Of a DNA stretch of 64,000 nucleotides, positions 49,600 to 63,399 are shown piece by piece. Origin of the DNA: Marsupella aquatica (lineage: Eukaryota > Plantae > Marchantiophyta); NCBI GenBank assembly GCA_973895155.1, contig OZ316893.1:14972645-15036644 (forward strand), given 5' to 3'. Numbering within the stretch: position 1 is the stretch's first letter; every line of letters begins with the position of its first letter. The position numbers and the translations under genes were made by a program. The notes under the pieces were generated by a model. That model had not been told where the DNA came from. It searched no databases and was given only the letters and a program-made list of their open reading frames with translations.

Positions 49600-52500
49600 A
49601 CGATGGATTGGAGAAGGTGATAAATGCTCCAAGCTTTTCTTCCGTAGCTTAAAAGGATTGGCCAGAACTAAGGAAATCAATGAATTGCTCACACCGGATG
49701 ATCGGGTGATCAGTGGGTGGGAAGATCTGGCCACCACGGCTACTAACTTCTTCCAAGAAATTCTTGGTCAAACTGCCGGCTCTCACTGGGAGCAGGTGGC
49801 AAATGTTCTAGCACATCAGACCAAATGCATTACTTTGGCAGACCAGAACTTATTGAACGCCCCCCTCACGGTGGCTGAACTTGGGAATGCGGCTACTACT
49901 CTTGCCAATCACAAGTGTCCTAGCCCCGATGGGGTCCCTGTAGAATTTTTCACTGCCAATTGGACGATGGTGGGTCCTTCACTTCATAGAGCATTGCTAC
50001 AGGGTATGGAAGATGGGAATTTCTCACCTGATATCACCCGTGGCTTGATTGTCCTTCTACCAAAGAAGGATGACAAGCGATCTTTATCCAATAAGCGCCC
50101 CATAACCCTCTTGAACGTGGCCCACAAGATTGTAGCCAAGGCTTTGCAGATGCGTCTCACTCCGGTCCTACAAAGGTACATTTCGCCTCAACAATTCACC
50201 TTTCTTCCAGGACGGAACATCCATCATTCCCTAATGCTTCTCAATGAGACGTTGCACCATGCGGAGGCCTTTGGGATGGAATACATTTTGATGAAATTGG
50301 ACGTCATCAAGGCCTTTGACAAGCTGGAATGGCACTTTCTCATGGCTCTTATGGAGAAGGCTGGTTTCGGTGGGCTTCTCACGCAATTTATGGTGGCAAC
50401 ACATGCTTCGGCGTCTTCAGCGGTACTAATCAATGGGAAAATGGCTTCACCATTCTGCCTGCCACGATCTGTGAGGCAAGGATGCCCCCTTTCACCACTA
50501 CTCTTCCTCATTGCAATTGACTCGCTTAGTGCCATGCTTTCCTGGGAGGTCGATAGGGGTCTGATACGAGGAGTCGATATCCAACACCTGGGGGTGCACA
50601 ACGTGCACACTGTTAGTCTATTTGCTGATGATATTGCATTGATTATCCGGGCTGTGATGCAATTCGTCGACCGCTGTAAGCAGGTCCTGGACCTCTTTGG
50701 CTTAGCCTCCGACCTATTCTATGCCTGGGAGAAAACCAAGGCTGCCTTCATCTCCCCAAACAGGGTCCCACTTGAATTCAGACGTCTACCTTGGACGTGG
50801 GAGGATGATCATAACGCCATGAAACTTCTGGGGATCCCTCTCGCCCAACATATTTCGGAAAAGCAAATGGTCCAAACCCTATCAGAGAAGCTTGAATCCA
50901 ATCTGGATCGAGTCCGTAAGACCTATGGCTCTCTTGTCGCTCGGGTAGCTGTGGCTAATCACCTTGTTCTGAGCACCCTTTGGTTCTCACTTACTGTTTG
51001 GGCCGGCCAGCGCTCCACCCTGGATAGCTTACAAAAGAAAATCATTGCCTTTGTGTGGGCAGGACAGAATCTTAAGGCTAGATCCTGGGTGGACCTTGCA
51101 ACTATCACCAAGCCCAAGAAGCATGGAGGCTTGGGGTTGATCTCTTTGGCTGCGCAATTCCGGGCCTTGGCAGGAAACTTCATTATCTGGGCGTTGGCTA
51201 AAGGGGAGCACCCCTTAAGGAAGATTCTTCAATATGAAATCAGGCGTCTTTCAATACAGAAGTGGGGAGCGGATGATTTCACATGGGCCTTCACACCATG
51301 CCACACTCTACCACGTGATGGCTCTCGGGTTTGGGTCAACATTTGCACAGCCTGGAATGTCCTGAAGAAACACTTACGTCCCGCACCCCCGGGGCATTTG
51401 GAAGGCTGGAGCGACCTCCCCCTCTGGGGCCCGCACCTCAACCACATCAACTCCACGTTGGCGAAATGTCATAGTAACCTTCAACGTAAAATCCAGAGGG
51501 CCGGCTTCCAGTTTATGCGGGATGTCTTAGATGCCAGGGGCAATTTTATCAGGTGGGAGGACGGTCCCCGTGACAGGCTGCCTGGCAACTGTGCTTGGGC
51601 TTATCAAAGGATGATTGACAATCTTAAGTCTGTTCCCGAGCTGCACAGCGATCCCAATGAAGTTATCCCGATCTATGTGGAGGTAGCGCTACCTAATGGG
51701 ATTCAGTACATCTGGGAATATTTGACCCAGCGCAGATTCATAACGTCCCAATGGCATTTCTCCCAGGACACCTCCTCCCCTAAGAGGACTTTCAAGGTCA
51801 CTAATGGCTTCCTGTGCAAGAACGACAATTTTGCTCCTCCAACACAAACACTCTTGCACCGGGTACTTGTTCGAATACAGGGCACTGGAAATCGTCTGTG
51901 CGTTGGAAGACCTACAGGCACCCTTGCCCCCCTGCTGCAATACGAGTGGAAGGATGGTCTTCCACTCCTGGACACTTCCACAGCCCACCTATGCGAATTA
52001 CAAGGGCGGCACCCGGACATCCTACATAAGGCAGTACACAAGTGGGCACTCAGACTAGATTGGACCCCCAATTCTCAAACACTGTGGACATGCACCTGGC
52101 TCTCTTTCCGCGCGGCAAGAGAGAATTGCTTCCTCTGGCAATTGATTTACCGGATTCCAGCCACGCAACACTGGCGATTCCCCAAGTCACCAATGACTGA
52201 TCTGGCTATCTGGTGTACTAGATGTGAACAAAATCAACAAGAAGACATTGTTCACTGCATCTGGGAGTGCAGTAAGTCACAAGTAGTTTGGTCATGGCTC
52301 CAATTCATTTTGAGACACTGCGCCTTCACTCAAGGGAACCGAATACAGCTACTCCCCGCTCACATCTTCGTCGGGGCCCCACTACCGGATGAATGGGATG
52401 TACCTGATAAACTCAGGCACATCACCAGAGCTATCCTCTGCTGGCACATCTAGAAGGAGCGGTGTGTGCATTTCATCGAACACACCAGGCCCAATCCACA

Positions 52501-53023
52501 AGGGGTTATCCAGAAAGTATGGTATCGACTCGGCATTTACCTCAGACGTGATTGGGCCCAGCACAAAACCAAGATTCGCACGGGGAAGTCCACCTTCAGC
52601 GAGGCCCACCACGCAATGTCTCGGGATTATGGCACATGGAATGGACTGTGGCTCCTCCATGATGATATCCTCCAAGTCCAACCGGTCCCCCCACGTCCCC
52701 CTTGAGCAATACGTCACTGCAGGTTTTGAAGCTGCACTACTGCTAGACTGATAGAGTGTTCCCACCTTATCATGGATCCACTGCAAGGGACCCCACTGGC
52801 CCTTTGCACTGGCCGTTCTTTGGGAGTGTGCTGCTCCCATTGTAGTTTCCAAATCCCTTGTTTGGTTGCCTTGTAGGAGGCTCAGTTTCTTCCCTGGTTC
52901 TGGCTTCACCGGCCCCGGCACCTCGACCTCATGGTCCCCTTGGGGGTGCCCTTTTTTGGGCCCCCCATTTTGTATTCTGGCCTTATGAATGGAATTCATT
53001 TGGTTTTTTCGAGGCAAAAAAAA
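49600..53023 (+). mobile_element. 5'-truncated L1-type LINE retrotransposon (copy 2, diverged relative of copy 1)
   Basis: 16-bp TSD AAAAACTGACAAAGAC at 49584-49599 and 53024-53039, poly(A) tail. RT with LFADD and a CCHC knuckle. One premature stop at 52451. Ends QVQPVPPRPP* at 52705. Confidence 0.95.
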
Positions 53024-54074
53024 AAAAACTGACAAAGACGGAAAAAAAACCGATGGAGTCTAACCTGACGTAATGCCTGCACCGTTAGCTTCCGTTAATG
53101 AGAGATGGTAACGGGGATGGTAATCCATTTTGGGTGTCATTAATGATTGATCGTACACTAACACTCTACTGAGTCCATCTGGGCCGTCCCAACAAACCTC
53201 TGTGTCCATCCGGGCTTCTGTTTCTAAATCGCAACTCCCTTATTACTGCAATATATAATCTTCAACAAATAAGAGAATGTTTTCTGGTAAGACAAATTGA
53301 TAAGTGCATTAGCAATATTGGGTCATAATTGCATTAGCAATTATCCCCATTAAGTTTAATGAAGCTAACTTAATATAGTGCAATATTGCTAATGAGCCTC
53401 AATGCCCATTTTTTGAATATTAATGAAATGATGACAAAACCCATAGTGCATGTCATCATTTGAACATACATAGTATAACATCATCCTTTCCATGCACTTA
53501 AATTGGGTGGGCCCTCGAGTGATAGTCTAGAGGCTTCACTCTAGAAGTCTAGACCCCAACTATAGCTTCTCGTTGTGCTTTATAAGTAAGACTGCAATGA
53601 CCTGTAAGCATTTTGAATTGCCCTTGAATGTATTGTACTTATTGAAGGTGCAGTGTATTGACTTAGTGTCAAGAAACCTGATAAGTGCAAAGTCCTCATT
53701 AGGTTGCACTTATTAATTTGTGCAATCTGGTTAATTTACTCCAATCTTTGCCATTGTAGATTAGTGCAAGAAGATGGCTCTATCCAAGCCCTTGCACTTA
53801 CCCTGGTCTCACTGCACAACGAAGTGTTCTGGCCACCTCACCATTATTTTCTTAGGTGGCCAAAAGTTTGCTAGATTGCACTTTAGTGGGGAGCACTAAC
53901 CCCTATCCAGTTTTAATGCCTAGCCACAGCCCCATTCTGAGGGTTATCCTTAAATTTAGGGACATCTAATGGTCATGCATGATCTTACAAGAGTAGAAAG
54001 GGAATCTTCTGACTATCTTCTCCTTTGCCCAAGGGGACATTAGCCACAGTCAGTGGCTAGAGGGGTGGCTAGAG

Positions 54075-54740
54075 GGAAATAAAGCTTCAAAACCCTGCAC
54101 CCAGCACTAGAGGTTAAGCCACATTCCCCAAAGAGTATAATAGAAATAAACCCTCAAAACCCTGCACCCAGCACCAGAGGTTTAGCCACGCTTACCAAAG
54201 AGTATAAAAGAAATAAACCTTCTAAAAACCCTGCACCCAGCACTAGAGGTTTAGGGCCAGGTTCCATGGGCCAGGGGCAGGGAGTATGAGCACTCCCTCT
54301 GACACCCCCTGGGGCCCAAAGACATCATATGCCAAGGTGTTTATAGTATTTTAAATGTATGAGTTTTGATTTAGGAGCCAATGAGAATAACTAATGAGAA
54401 TGCCCTGTAGTGTTCCTACACAGGAGCACAGGGGTACCCTTGAAGTTTAACAGGGAGTATGATTTTAGGAGTGTGAGGGAAAATCATACTCCCTACTACA
54501 ATATTTGTACACCCTTCAGTCCCGGGAAAAGCTGCAATCTTGTTGGCTTAAAAATCAGGACTCCTGCCCCATGGAACCCAGCCCTTAGCCACGTTCCTCA
54601 AAGACCGTAAACGACATAACAGCATAAAAGACATAAACCGCTTTAGTCAGTCTCCTCAAAGGGCATAAAAGATATAAACCTTCAAAACCTTGCACGCAGC
54701 ACTACAGGTTGAGCCACACCCCGCCAAAGAGTATATGAAC
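54075..54740. repeat. ~67-bp minisatellite interrupted by a MITE
   Basis: AAATAAAC..TCAAAACCCTGCACCCAGCACTAGAGGTT(T)AGCCAC occurs three times before 54254 and again after 54587. Confidence 0.8.
54254..54584. mobile_element. Tourist/PIF-Harbinger-type MITE (331 bp)
   Basis: TIRs GGGCCAGGTTCCATGGG / CCCATGGAACCCAGCCC (15/17 match), TTA TSD at 54251-54253 and 54585-54587. Removing it restores the repeat unit GGTTTAGCCACG. Confidence 0.85.
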
Positions 54741-55332
54741 AATTTGTCCTAGGTTGTTTGCGGGGGCCTTAATTTGGAGGGAAATGTCGAAACTGGGAGA
54801 GATAATTATTCCTCAGTTGTGACTGCAAATTCTTCCGAACATCCCGGGAGAGGTTTTCATGAGTCGAGAAACAGAAGGAATTCAATTCCTCGTGTAGTGT
54901 ATTGTTGTTACCACACATTGGCCGCACGACATTTTTCATCCCGAACGAGGAATCTTTCTTTGAGGAGGCGAATTTGCGGGGATTCTACGAAGATCCGGTA
55001 TTGGAAGGCGTGAGTTGCAAGTCGAATAGCATCGAGTAGCATCGAAGCGAAGAGGCGAGTAACAAATTGGACGGGTGTGTTGGCGAGAAGCAGAAGCGCT
55101 GGCGAGAACTTGAGCAGAGCCGCTGCTGCTTGGCAGATTCTGGAGGATACGGTAGTGAAATTGAGGACCGTAGTGCAATAAACGATGAAGCGTAAGGTTG
55201 AGCGCTAAAGAATTTGAGGAGCAATGCACGGAAATTGGAGTGGCAGGATCGAGGAAAGGTTGATTGGGTTGTGGCCCGAGCTTGATTAAAAGAATGGGTG
55301 GTGGAGATCATCGACCCGAGAAATGAGTAGGT

Positions 55333-55347
55333 TAGGGTTTAGGGTTT
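55333..55347 (-). promoter_or_regulatory. Tandem telo-boxes (AAACCCTA) upstream of SSRP1
   Basis: TAGGGTTTAGGGTTT lies ~130 nt before the ATG. Telo-boxes are known in plant housekeeping and proliferation gene promoters and leaders. Confidence 0.55.
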
Positions 55348-55469
55348 TCCAGAGAACAGGAAACTGAGGTCAAACCCCTATCGGAGCACATTGTGAAGCA
55401 GGAAACACCTAAGGTTTGAACTTTACCCTAAGTTTCATCGCGCAGCTTGGTCGCTTGCAAGGATTAGCA

Positions 55470-58400
55470 ATGGCGACCGATGGTGGAGCGCTGCACCAAT
55501 TCGGCAACATTTTACTGGGAGGCCGTGGTGGCATGGTAAACATCCGTTCTCATTTTTCTATTATCCTTCCAGATAGTTAATGACCTAGCTGAGGTTTTTG
55601 TTCTGGCCGTCGTGGTAGCGAGTTCAGATTGTACAAGCTGGTCTCCGGCCTCCGGTTCTTGTTCTTGTTAATTTGTTAATGCGTGCATACTGTCGGGCAG
55701 AACCCAGGGCAGCTCAAAATACATGCAGGTGGATTCGTATGGAAGAAAACAGGAGGTGGCAAAGTCGTGGACGTGTCCAAGGCAGACGTTTCTGCATTGA
55801 GTTGGACACGACTTCCGAGAGGATACCAGCTGGGGGTCAAGATGAGAGCTGGCTCGAATGTCAAATTCAGTGGTTTCCGTGAACAGGTGTGTACAGGACT
55901 GTCCACAAATGGTATCGGTTCTCTCGCTATTCCATAACGTTATGGTTTGCCGTTTCATTTCAGCCAGTTCAGCTTTATCACGCTGAAAGCAGCTGTCACA
56001 GCTCTTGCTTGAGCCTCTATCTTCACGGCCTCTCCTACTTCTAATGAAAAGTGTTGTTGCCGAAGATGGTTTGTCAATATATCTGCTTGTGATTTATTTA
56101 CAGGACGTTTCCAGCTTGAACCCTTTCTTGGAGGCAAATTTGGGAATCACACCCGAAGAAAAGCCACTTGCAATAAGTGGCCGCAACTGGGGGGATGCCG
56201 AATTGGATGGTACGTAGATGAGAATCAGTTGTGCTCAACAGGGTTTTGGATTTGTCCTTGGTTGGCTTGGGATTTAATTTTTTCTCAATGGAGCGCAATA
56301 CTTCAGAGAACTGGTTAGCTTTGGACCCACCTCGTTTGGTATGTTGACTTCCATACTGCAGGAAACTAAAAACAGGAAGTGTCATTTTGTAGGCAACATG
56401 GTGTCCTTCGTTGTGGGCGGGAAGCAGGCCTTCGAGGTGTCCATAGCTGATGTGAGCCAGACCCAAATGATGGGGAAAAATGACGTAGTTCTGGAGTTTC
56501 ATGTAGATGATACGACTGGAGCTAATGAGGTATTTCTTCTGCTTACCAGTTGCGTTGTAGTTTTACTTTCTTGCTATGTCACACTCAGTCCACTCTCATT
56601 TTTGAGGTGTCCTTCATTACAACTCGCGAAGTGTCTCTGGTAAGTATAGATGTGCCCCCAGTAGCTACCTATTAGACACTCTCACATTTCTTACATCTTT
56701 TTGTGTTGCAAAACGATTATTGGCTCAACTTAACACTATTCTGCTACGGATCCAATCAATTTATAGTTGGCATTCCGTAATACTTATGTGGAAAACTGGT
56801 GTAGTTCTCATTTCCATGAGTTTGATGTAGTCCAAAGATGGGGTTGTGCTGCAGGAGTTTTGCGTTGACATTTGATTGTACTGTTTTGAATTTGTTTCTG
56901 TAGAAAGATACTCTAATGGAGCTCAGCTTTCATGTTCCGAGTACAAACGGCACGTATATTGGAGACGAAGAGCGTCCATCAGCTCAAGTATGGAAGTTTA
57001 CTCTGAAACTTTCCGAAACTAAACATGTTGCATGTAAGCAGCCTTGGGCATGGGTAAATAATGTGGGTGAGTCTAGGGAAAGAGCCTTCAACCTTCGGGC
57101 AGCAAAACGTTCGTGAGAGTGGAAGGTTTAAAGGAATGCATGAGGGTATCATATAGTGTATGTGCGGCTTATGCATCATATTGAACGCTGGAGAAGTTGA
57201 CGTGTTGAGAAACTTCGAGTCAGCTTTTGCATGGTTTTGGATGCCGGAGTAATTGCATATGTGACATGCCTTTGGCTCATGCATGGTTTGGACTATGTGA
57301 GGGGGTCCAGGTGTTTTTTGAGAAGATAAAAGGGTTCGCTGATCTTTCATCAACAGGCACAGATGCCATTGCATTGTTTGAAGAGATAGGTGTACTCACT
57401 CCGAGGTAAGACATCTGCATTCAGGGTTCGTATTAATTGTATTTCCAGCTTTTCATGTCAGGTCTTCCGTGAGAAGATCTTGTCGATGGCGGACGTTGGG
57501 CCATCTGGGGCAGAAGCAATTGCTATGTTCGTTGAAGTTGGTATCCTCACACCCAGGTATTTATGATGTGAATGTATATCTCATCTAGTGTGAAAGTAGA
57601 CTATCGATGAGATATCTGGGTGGTGAGGTGTCCGTGGAGAATCTCAAGTGTTATGTGAAATACTTGGGATATGTACCAGACGGCATGAACTCTGACATGT
57701 GCATTTTTAATTATGTGGTTTGGTGCAGAGGGAGGTATAATGTTGAACTTCACTTGTCATTTCTGCGACTTCAAGGACAAGCAAATGATTTCAAGATCCA
57801 GTATAACAGTGTTGTCCGTCTCTTTATCCTTCCTAAGGTAGACTTCTTTGGTTTTTTGTACCTTTCAGTTTTCACGCACAGCTCAGCCAATATTGTTGGA
57901 ACAGAGGAGTCTGGGTCCCTGTAGACATATTATTTATACCTTCCTGCAAATTTCAATGAGCACCGCGGAAGATGCTCACATTATCCTGACCTGTAGGAAT
58001 GATGTGCATTTCTTCTAATTGAGGTCAACTAGCTCTTGAACCTCCACTGTCACTGAAAGATGGGAGACAAAAATAGCCCCTTTCCCAACACTCTTTTACT
58101 TTTTAAGGAGATATTTGACTAATCATGGTATTTAAGTATTACCAGAATGTGGTGATTTGAATGGTGTAAAAACATTTCATAATTCAATGATCTATGCAAC
58201 TTGTGACGCTTAGTTTTCTCTTCTGGTTTTTATAGACGATTGATTTCAGTCTGACAAAACATATGCAGTTGTCGTCTTTCAATTCGGGATAACATAGTTA
58301 TGCAACATTGCTGTTTCCCTGGCAGTCAAATCAGCCTCACACTTTTGTGGTCATCACACTGGACCCACCTATCCGCAAAGGCCAGACTTTTTACCCGCAT

Positions 58401-61400
58401 ATTGTTCTTCAGGTGAAATGATGCCTGAATACTCTGATTTTGTCTTACATTTCAGCTGTGCTAAGTCTACATATATTTCTATTCACAGATTATCCCTTCT
58501 ACTTCTTGCATAGGTTCATGAACTTCATTCAATATTTGGGTAAATTACACCCTGTACATTATTTCGAGTAACTTTTGTTTTTCTTGCTCTATTGGCTTTG
58601 ATTGGCAGTTTCCTTCAGAAGAGATAACTGAGTGCAGTCTTTCGATTCAAGAAGACCTGCTGACTACTAAGTACAAAGATCGGCTCCAGCCCCACTACAA
58701 GGTATAGTGAAGTTAAAAGGGCTTTTGTTGAAATGTACGCTGCTAGGCTGAAACTTGACCTTACGCGGACGAGTCGTGGTCTGGCTTGCAGGATCTTTCT
58801 CATGATGTCTTTACACAAATTCTCAAAGGACTATCTGGTGCCAAGGTCACAAGACCCGGAAAGTTTCGAAGTAGTCAAGATGGCTATTCGGTACGGGCCT
58901 CATTAAAGGCCGAGGAAGGGACTCTCTATCCCCTAGAAAAGAGCTTCTTTTTCTTGCCAAAGCCCCCAACTCTTATTCTGCACGACGAGGTACATTTCCT
59001 TTCAAATTCGTTTCCTTTGCTCTCTGTACATATCATCTGCTTAGAATGCTAATGTACTAAACGACAGTAGCGTTCGTAGCCACACAGTCCTCCAAGTCTC
59101 GCAAGACTCTGTTTGGATGTCCCCCCCGGACTAAGGGTCGCTCCCAGGTTAGTTGGTAAGAATCGCTTCCTATCAAAACTGCAAATTATATGCAGCGAGC
59201 TGCCAACTTTAACACCAGTGAGTCTGTCGACCTCTTTAAGTGAGACTAATTCAACTTTGTCATGCCCTTGCAGATTGAGTTTGTTGAATTTGAAAGACAT
59301 GGTACCGCTGGACCCAGTAGTATTTCTTCACATTATTTTGACCTTCTGATTCGCCTGAAGAGTGAGCAAGAACATCAATTCCGCAACATACAGCGGAATG
59401 AATATCATAACTTGTTTGATTTTATAAGGTTTGGTGCACTATTGTCTTTTACCTTCTTTGTTCAATATGCTTCTGTTGATGTTGGGAATATTGGTAATAA
59501 GAAATAGAAGTGAGCTGTTGATATTATTTGTACGATCCACCCTACTGATTAGAGTTGACGGGAATTATTACGGGATCTTGGTTCGCTTTTGAGTAGTACT
59601 ACTCCATGTAAATGGAACCGCTGTTTATATCTGTTTGAGTTCTTCTAAGCAGATGCATAGATTGAAATGCTTCTGATTGTAAGAAGAAGATTTAATAAAG
59701 AATAGTAGATTGTGTTACAATTTCCGTATCATGGATTAAATCGATCCTGCGAATCATATTTTTAACCGGAGGTATGACTAATAAGCATTGGAACGTGACT
59801 TTGATTTCAACCGATTGGTAGAACAAGTAAGCCAGGATGAATGTGGAACGTGGTTTTGTTTTCGACGAATTGGTAGATCGAGTAAGCCATGATGAAGTTT
59901 CTATCATGTCTTGTACAGGTAAAAAATATTTGTAAAAGTAGTTTGACGTACCCACCTAGGTTTTTTCTCACAAGGGTGGTGATGTGTGATTCTTATCCAG
60001 TTCCAAAGGGTTGAAGATCTTGAATCTTGGTGATAATGCACAAGGTGCAAGTGGAGTAGCTGCTGCCTTGGAAGCCTCAGATGACGAAGGTGTGGATCCA
60101 CATCTGAATCGCATACGTATTGCCAGGGGAGCTGGTGACGGAGGCGGAGATGACAGTGACGAAGAGGTACGTGTCTGCATGGAACTCGTCTAAAGAGGCA
60201 ACACTGCCTTCATTTTATGAGACGGGCACTTTTCTTGGATGGAATATTGTCAACCATGCATCCTTTAGTTCCAGTTGTAAGAGTGAGCTTCCTAATTGTC
60301 CGACCCAGCTCACATCCTTGCCTCTCTAGCGGTGACGAGGCCTCAGTCCCATTTTTTCCCATTTGTTTATAATTGAATCTACTTTCCAGTTTCTGTGAAA
60401 GTTTGTTAGACACCTTTTGCAAAATCACGGATTTCATCGGTATCATTTATAATCATTTTAAGCTTTCCTCGTTAGAGACATACTAGCTAATATCAACAAT
60501 TGATCCTGTTGCAGGACGAGGACTTCGTTGCAGAGAAAGATGATGCCGGTTCCCCCACGGACGATTCTGAAGCAGAAGAACCAGATGCCAGTGATGATGA
60601 TGGTGGTGGAGGTAGTGAAGAAGACGAGGATGAAGAGGAAGAAGAAGAGGTAACCTGTGACGCTGTATCTATATGGTCATGTTCGGAGCAGAGCATTCCT
60701 TCTAGAGGCCATGTGTGTTTAGCGATGGTCGGTGTGAAACAGAAATGGCTGGGCGGGGGTTGGGATTCGAAAACCTGCTTAACTGTGATCTTTCTCGAAG
60801 GTCTGACTCGAAGATGGCTTGTCTTCAAAACTCTTTGTGGCAGGATGAAAGACCAAAGAAGAGAAAGAGAGAACCTGTTGCTGCAAAGCCGAGAAAGACG
60901 AAAGCAAAAGACGATGCTGATGGAGGAAAGAAGTCCAAGAGGAAGAAAAAGGATCCGAATGCGCCTAAAAGGGGTCTATCAGGATTCATGTACTTTTCTC
61001 AGTCTGAAAGAGAGGTATGTCTAGGGTGACAACACAACTCATTGTGTCCAGGTTTTGTTTCGAAGCAATGATGTCTCTGTTGAAGAGGCATTTGAGAAAG
61101 TTTTATAGTGCATATGCACTTACTAAGCGCATGCAGATGTTGATTTCTAGATCTTTCCATGGCATACATGTCCTTCGCCACATGATAGAAGCTGAAGTTG
61201 TTGGCGATTGTTTGCAGAATCTGAAGAAAAGCCAACCGGGATTATCTTTTACTGAGACTGGAAAGGTTCTTGGAGACAAGTGGAAGAAAATGTCAGGTAG
61301 ACTCAAACAGAGACTGAACTGTAGGTTATCAGATCTTGATCTGGGTCTACGCATGGTCTATAACCCTATTGGGTGTAATGGCTCTTCATTTACTCAAGTG

Positions 61401-61603
61401 ACCTGCAGGAAAACCTTGCTCCAAGCCTTGTTGTTCTTGTCCTCGCAAGTAGCTTATCTTATGGGTTATCGTTTTCAGGTGAGGAGAAAGCGCCCTTTGA
61501 AGCCAAGGCAGCAGCAGACAAAGAAAGGTATAAACGAGATATGGTCGAATTCAATCGTGGGGGGGCTGCACAAGTAGAGGACGATGGATCCGATGACGAC
61601 TGA
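55470..61603 (+). CDS. SSRP1: FACT complex subunit SSRP1 (PH/SSrecog/Rtt106 domains, acidic region, HMG box). Exons: 55470-55535, 55701-55886, 56104-56209, 56393-56529, 56904-56987, [57311-57405 OR 57462-57556], 57729-57837, 58326-58412, 58609-58701, 58792-58989, 59274-59428, 60001-60166, 60515-60649, 60844-61014, 61218-61296, 61479-61603
   Basis: [59 protein letters not shown], acidic tract, [22 protein letters not shown] box. GT-AG introns. Confidence 0.95.
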
Positions 61604-62779
61604 TCCACCAGTATACAGCCTTGTTAGGTTGTTTTAGGAGGAGAAACAAGCATTTACGGTGGCAGGTCAGATTGTTTGGTCTGTTGGAGCCTCAAGAAAC
61701 CAACGACCCTGGAGTATGTTTTGTTGCGCTGAGTAGTGGTCATGAGTGGAGATCAGTAGAGTGCTCAAGTTTTACACTGATCGTGAGATTGGACCACGAA
61801 GAGCGTTCACACGAACAGAAGGGCCTATTAGTCGGTTATGGAGGTGGTTTGTCAGAAAACACTTCTCACATGATGTACTGAATTAGAGTCAGTTCTTCAG
61901 ACCAGGTTAGACAGCATACAGGTATAGAGCAGGTGTTCTGGTAGCTACTATCGGACAAAAATATTACTTAAATGGCAGGTTGAGTAGACCTTTCTCGTCA
62001 AGTTTCCACCTTCTTTGTAGGCTGAGGTGGTTGTACAGCAGCAATTTTGAAATGGTTTGAACTTCCAGTGGGTTGTTTTTAGGACTCGAGGTATCCTACT
62101 CATTCCTGGACGGAAGTGAGTAATGCCTGTGATGGTTGGACTGTTATGGCTGCCGTGGTTTTCATGGTATTCCTGTGTCTAAATCAGGACTCTAGGTGCT
62201 AATCCCTTCATAGCTTTTTACTTGCTCCTACTATACGTCCTAGTGGCACACCGTATAACCAACACTTCATTATAAAAGACTCTAGAAGTCTCGGTGATCA
62301 AAGTGATAGGCTAATGTCATCAAGCTTGATACTGGTGGTTGTTCAAAGCAAGGCAACTAGTGGGCATTTTTGTTCATTGCGGAGGTGCACATTGAACTCT
62401 TTAGAGACTAGCAGTCAAACGAGGAGCAAACACCCCGAATCAGACAATTCTTAGATTTGGTAGAACGTAATGGAAGGAAAAACATAATTCACGTGATAAG
62501 CAGATAGCAAAGGATCATTTTCAGGATCCCACTATAGTGGCCACGCTCGTTGCCTAATACAATCTGAGTTCAAGATTTAAGGTTCAATCGTGTAATGTAA
62601 TCTTATTTATAGAGCGGGAAGCTAAAGTTGAGATCTAGAAGCAGCTAGACCGAGACTCTAGGGCCCTACCAAAATTTATGTTCATGGAAAAATTTATGTG
62701 CATGGAAACAATTAGTTCAATTATCCTTTGGTTATGTAAGTTTATTTTATTGAACTATTTAGAGTCATGAAAATTTGTA

Positions 62780-63395
62780 CATTCAAATAAATAGATGAGA
62801 GTACAAAGATTAAATGAAAGAATCTAAATGAATTAATTTTGAGGATAGACAATTCCATTCAAATAAATAGATGAGAGTACAAAGATTAAATGAAAGAATC
62901 TAAATGAATTAATTTTGAGGATAGACAATTCCATTGAAGGCAACAAATATGACTACATTCATGATAATAGGAAGAGTAAATCTCCATGCAAAAAGTTTCT
63001 CTTAATATTTGTGTGTATACAATATATAGTAAATCTCCATGCAAAAAATTTCTCTTAATATCTTTGTGTGTATACAACATATGTAACATTAAGCAAAATA
63101 TTATCTTGTACATAGTAGTTACAAGGTATTAGAGTCCCCTGTATTACTCTACCCATGGTAATTATTCCTCTGCCCATAGTAGTTAATTTTGAGTATATTT
63201 AACTCAATTTCATTGAAGACAAATATGAGTACATTCATGCTAATATGGAGTCTCCATGCAAAAAGTTTCTCTTAATATCTTTGTGTGTATACAATAACTC
63301 TAACATGACATATAGTTTAGGTAAAATATTACTTTGTACATAATAATTACAAGGTATGAGAGTCCTCTGTATTTCTCTACCCATATTAGTTATGG
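62780..63395. repeat. AT-rich tandem duplications (76-bp pair at 62780-62935 and longer imperfect duplicates)
   Basis: CATTCAAATAAATAGATGAGAG... at 62780 and 62856. TCTCCATGCAAAAA.TTTCTCTTAATAT occurs three times. Confidence 0.8.
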
Positions 63396-63399
63396 TATT

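Noticed and set aside
52382-53035. 217-aa antisense ORF over the LINE 3' end
   Set aside because: Not preserved in LINE copy 1 and starts in the TSD/poly(A); probably incidental.
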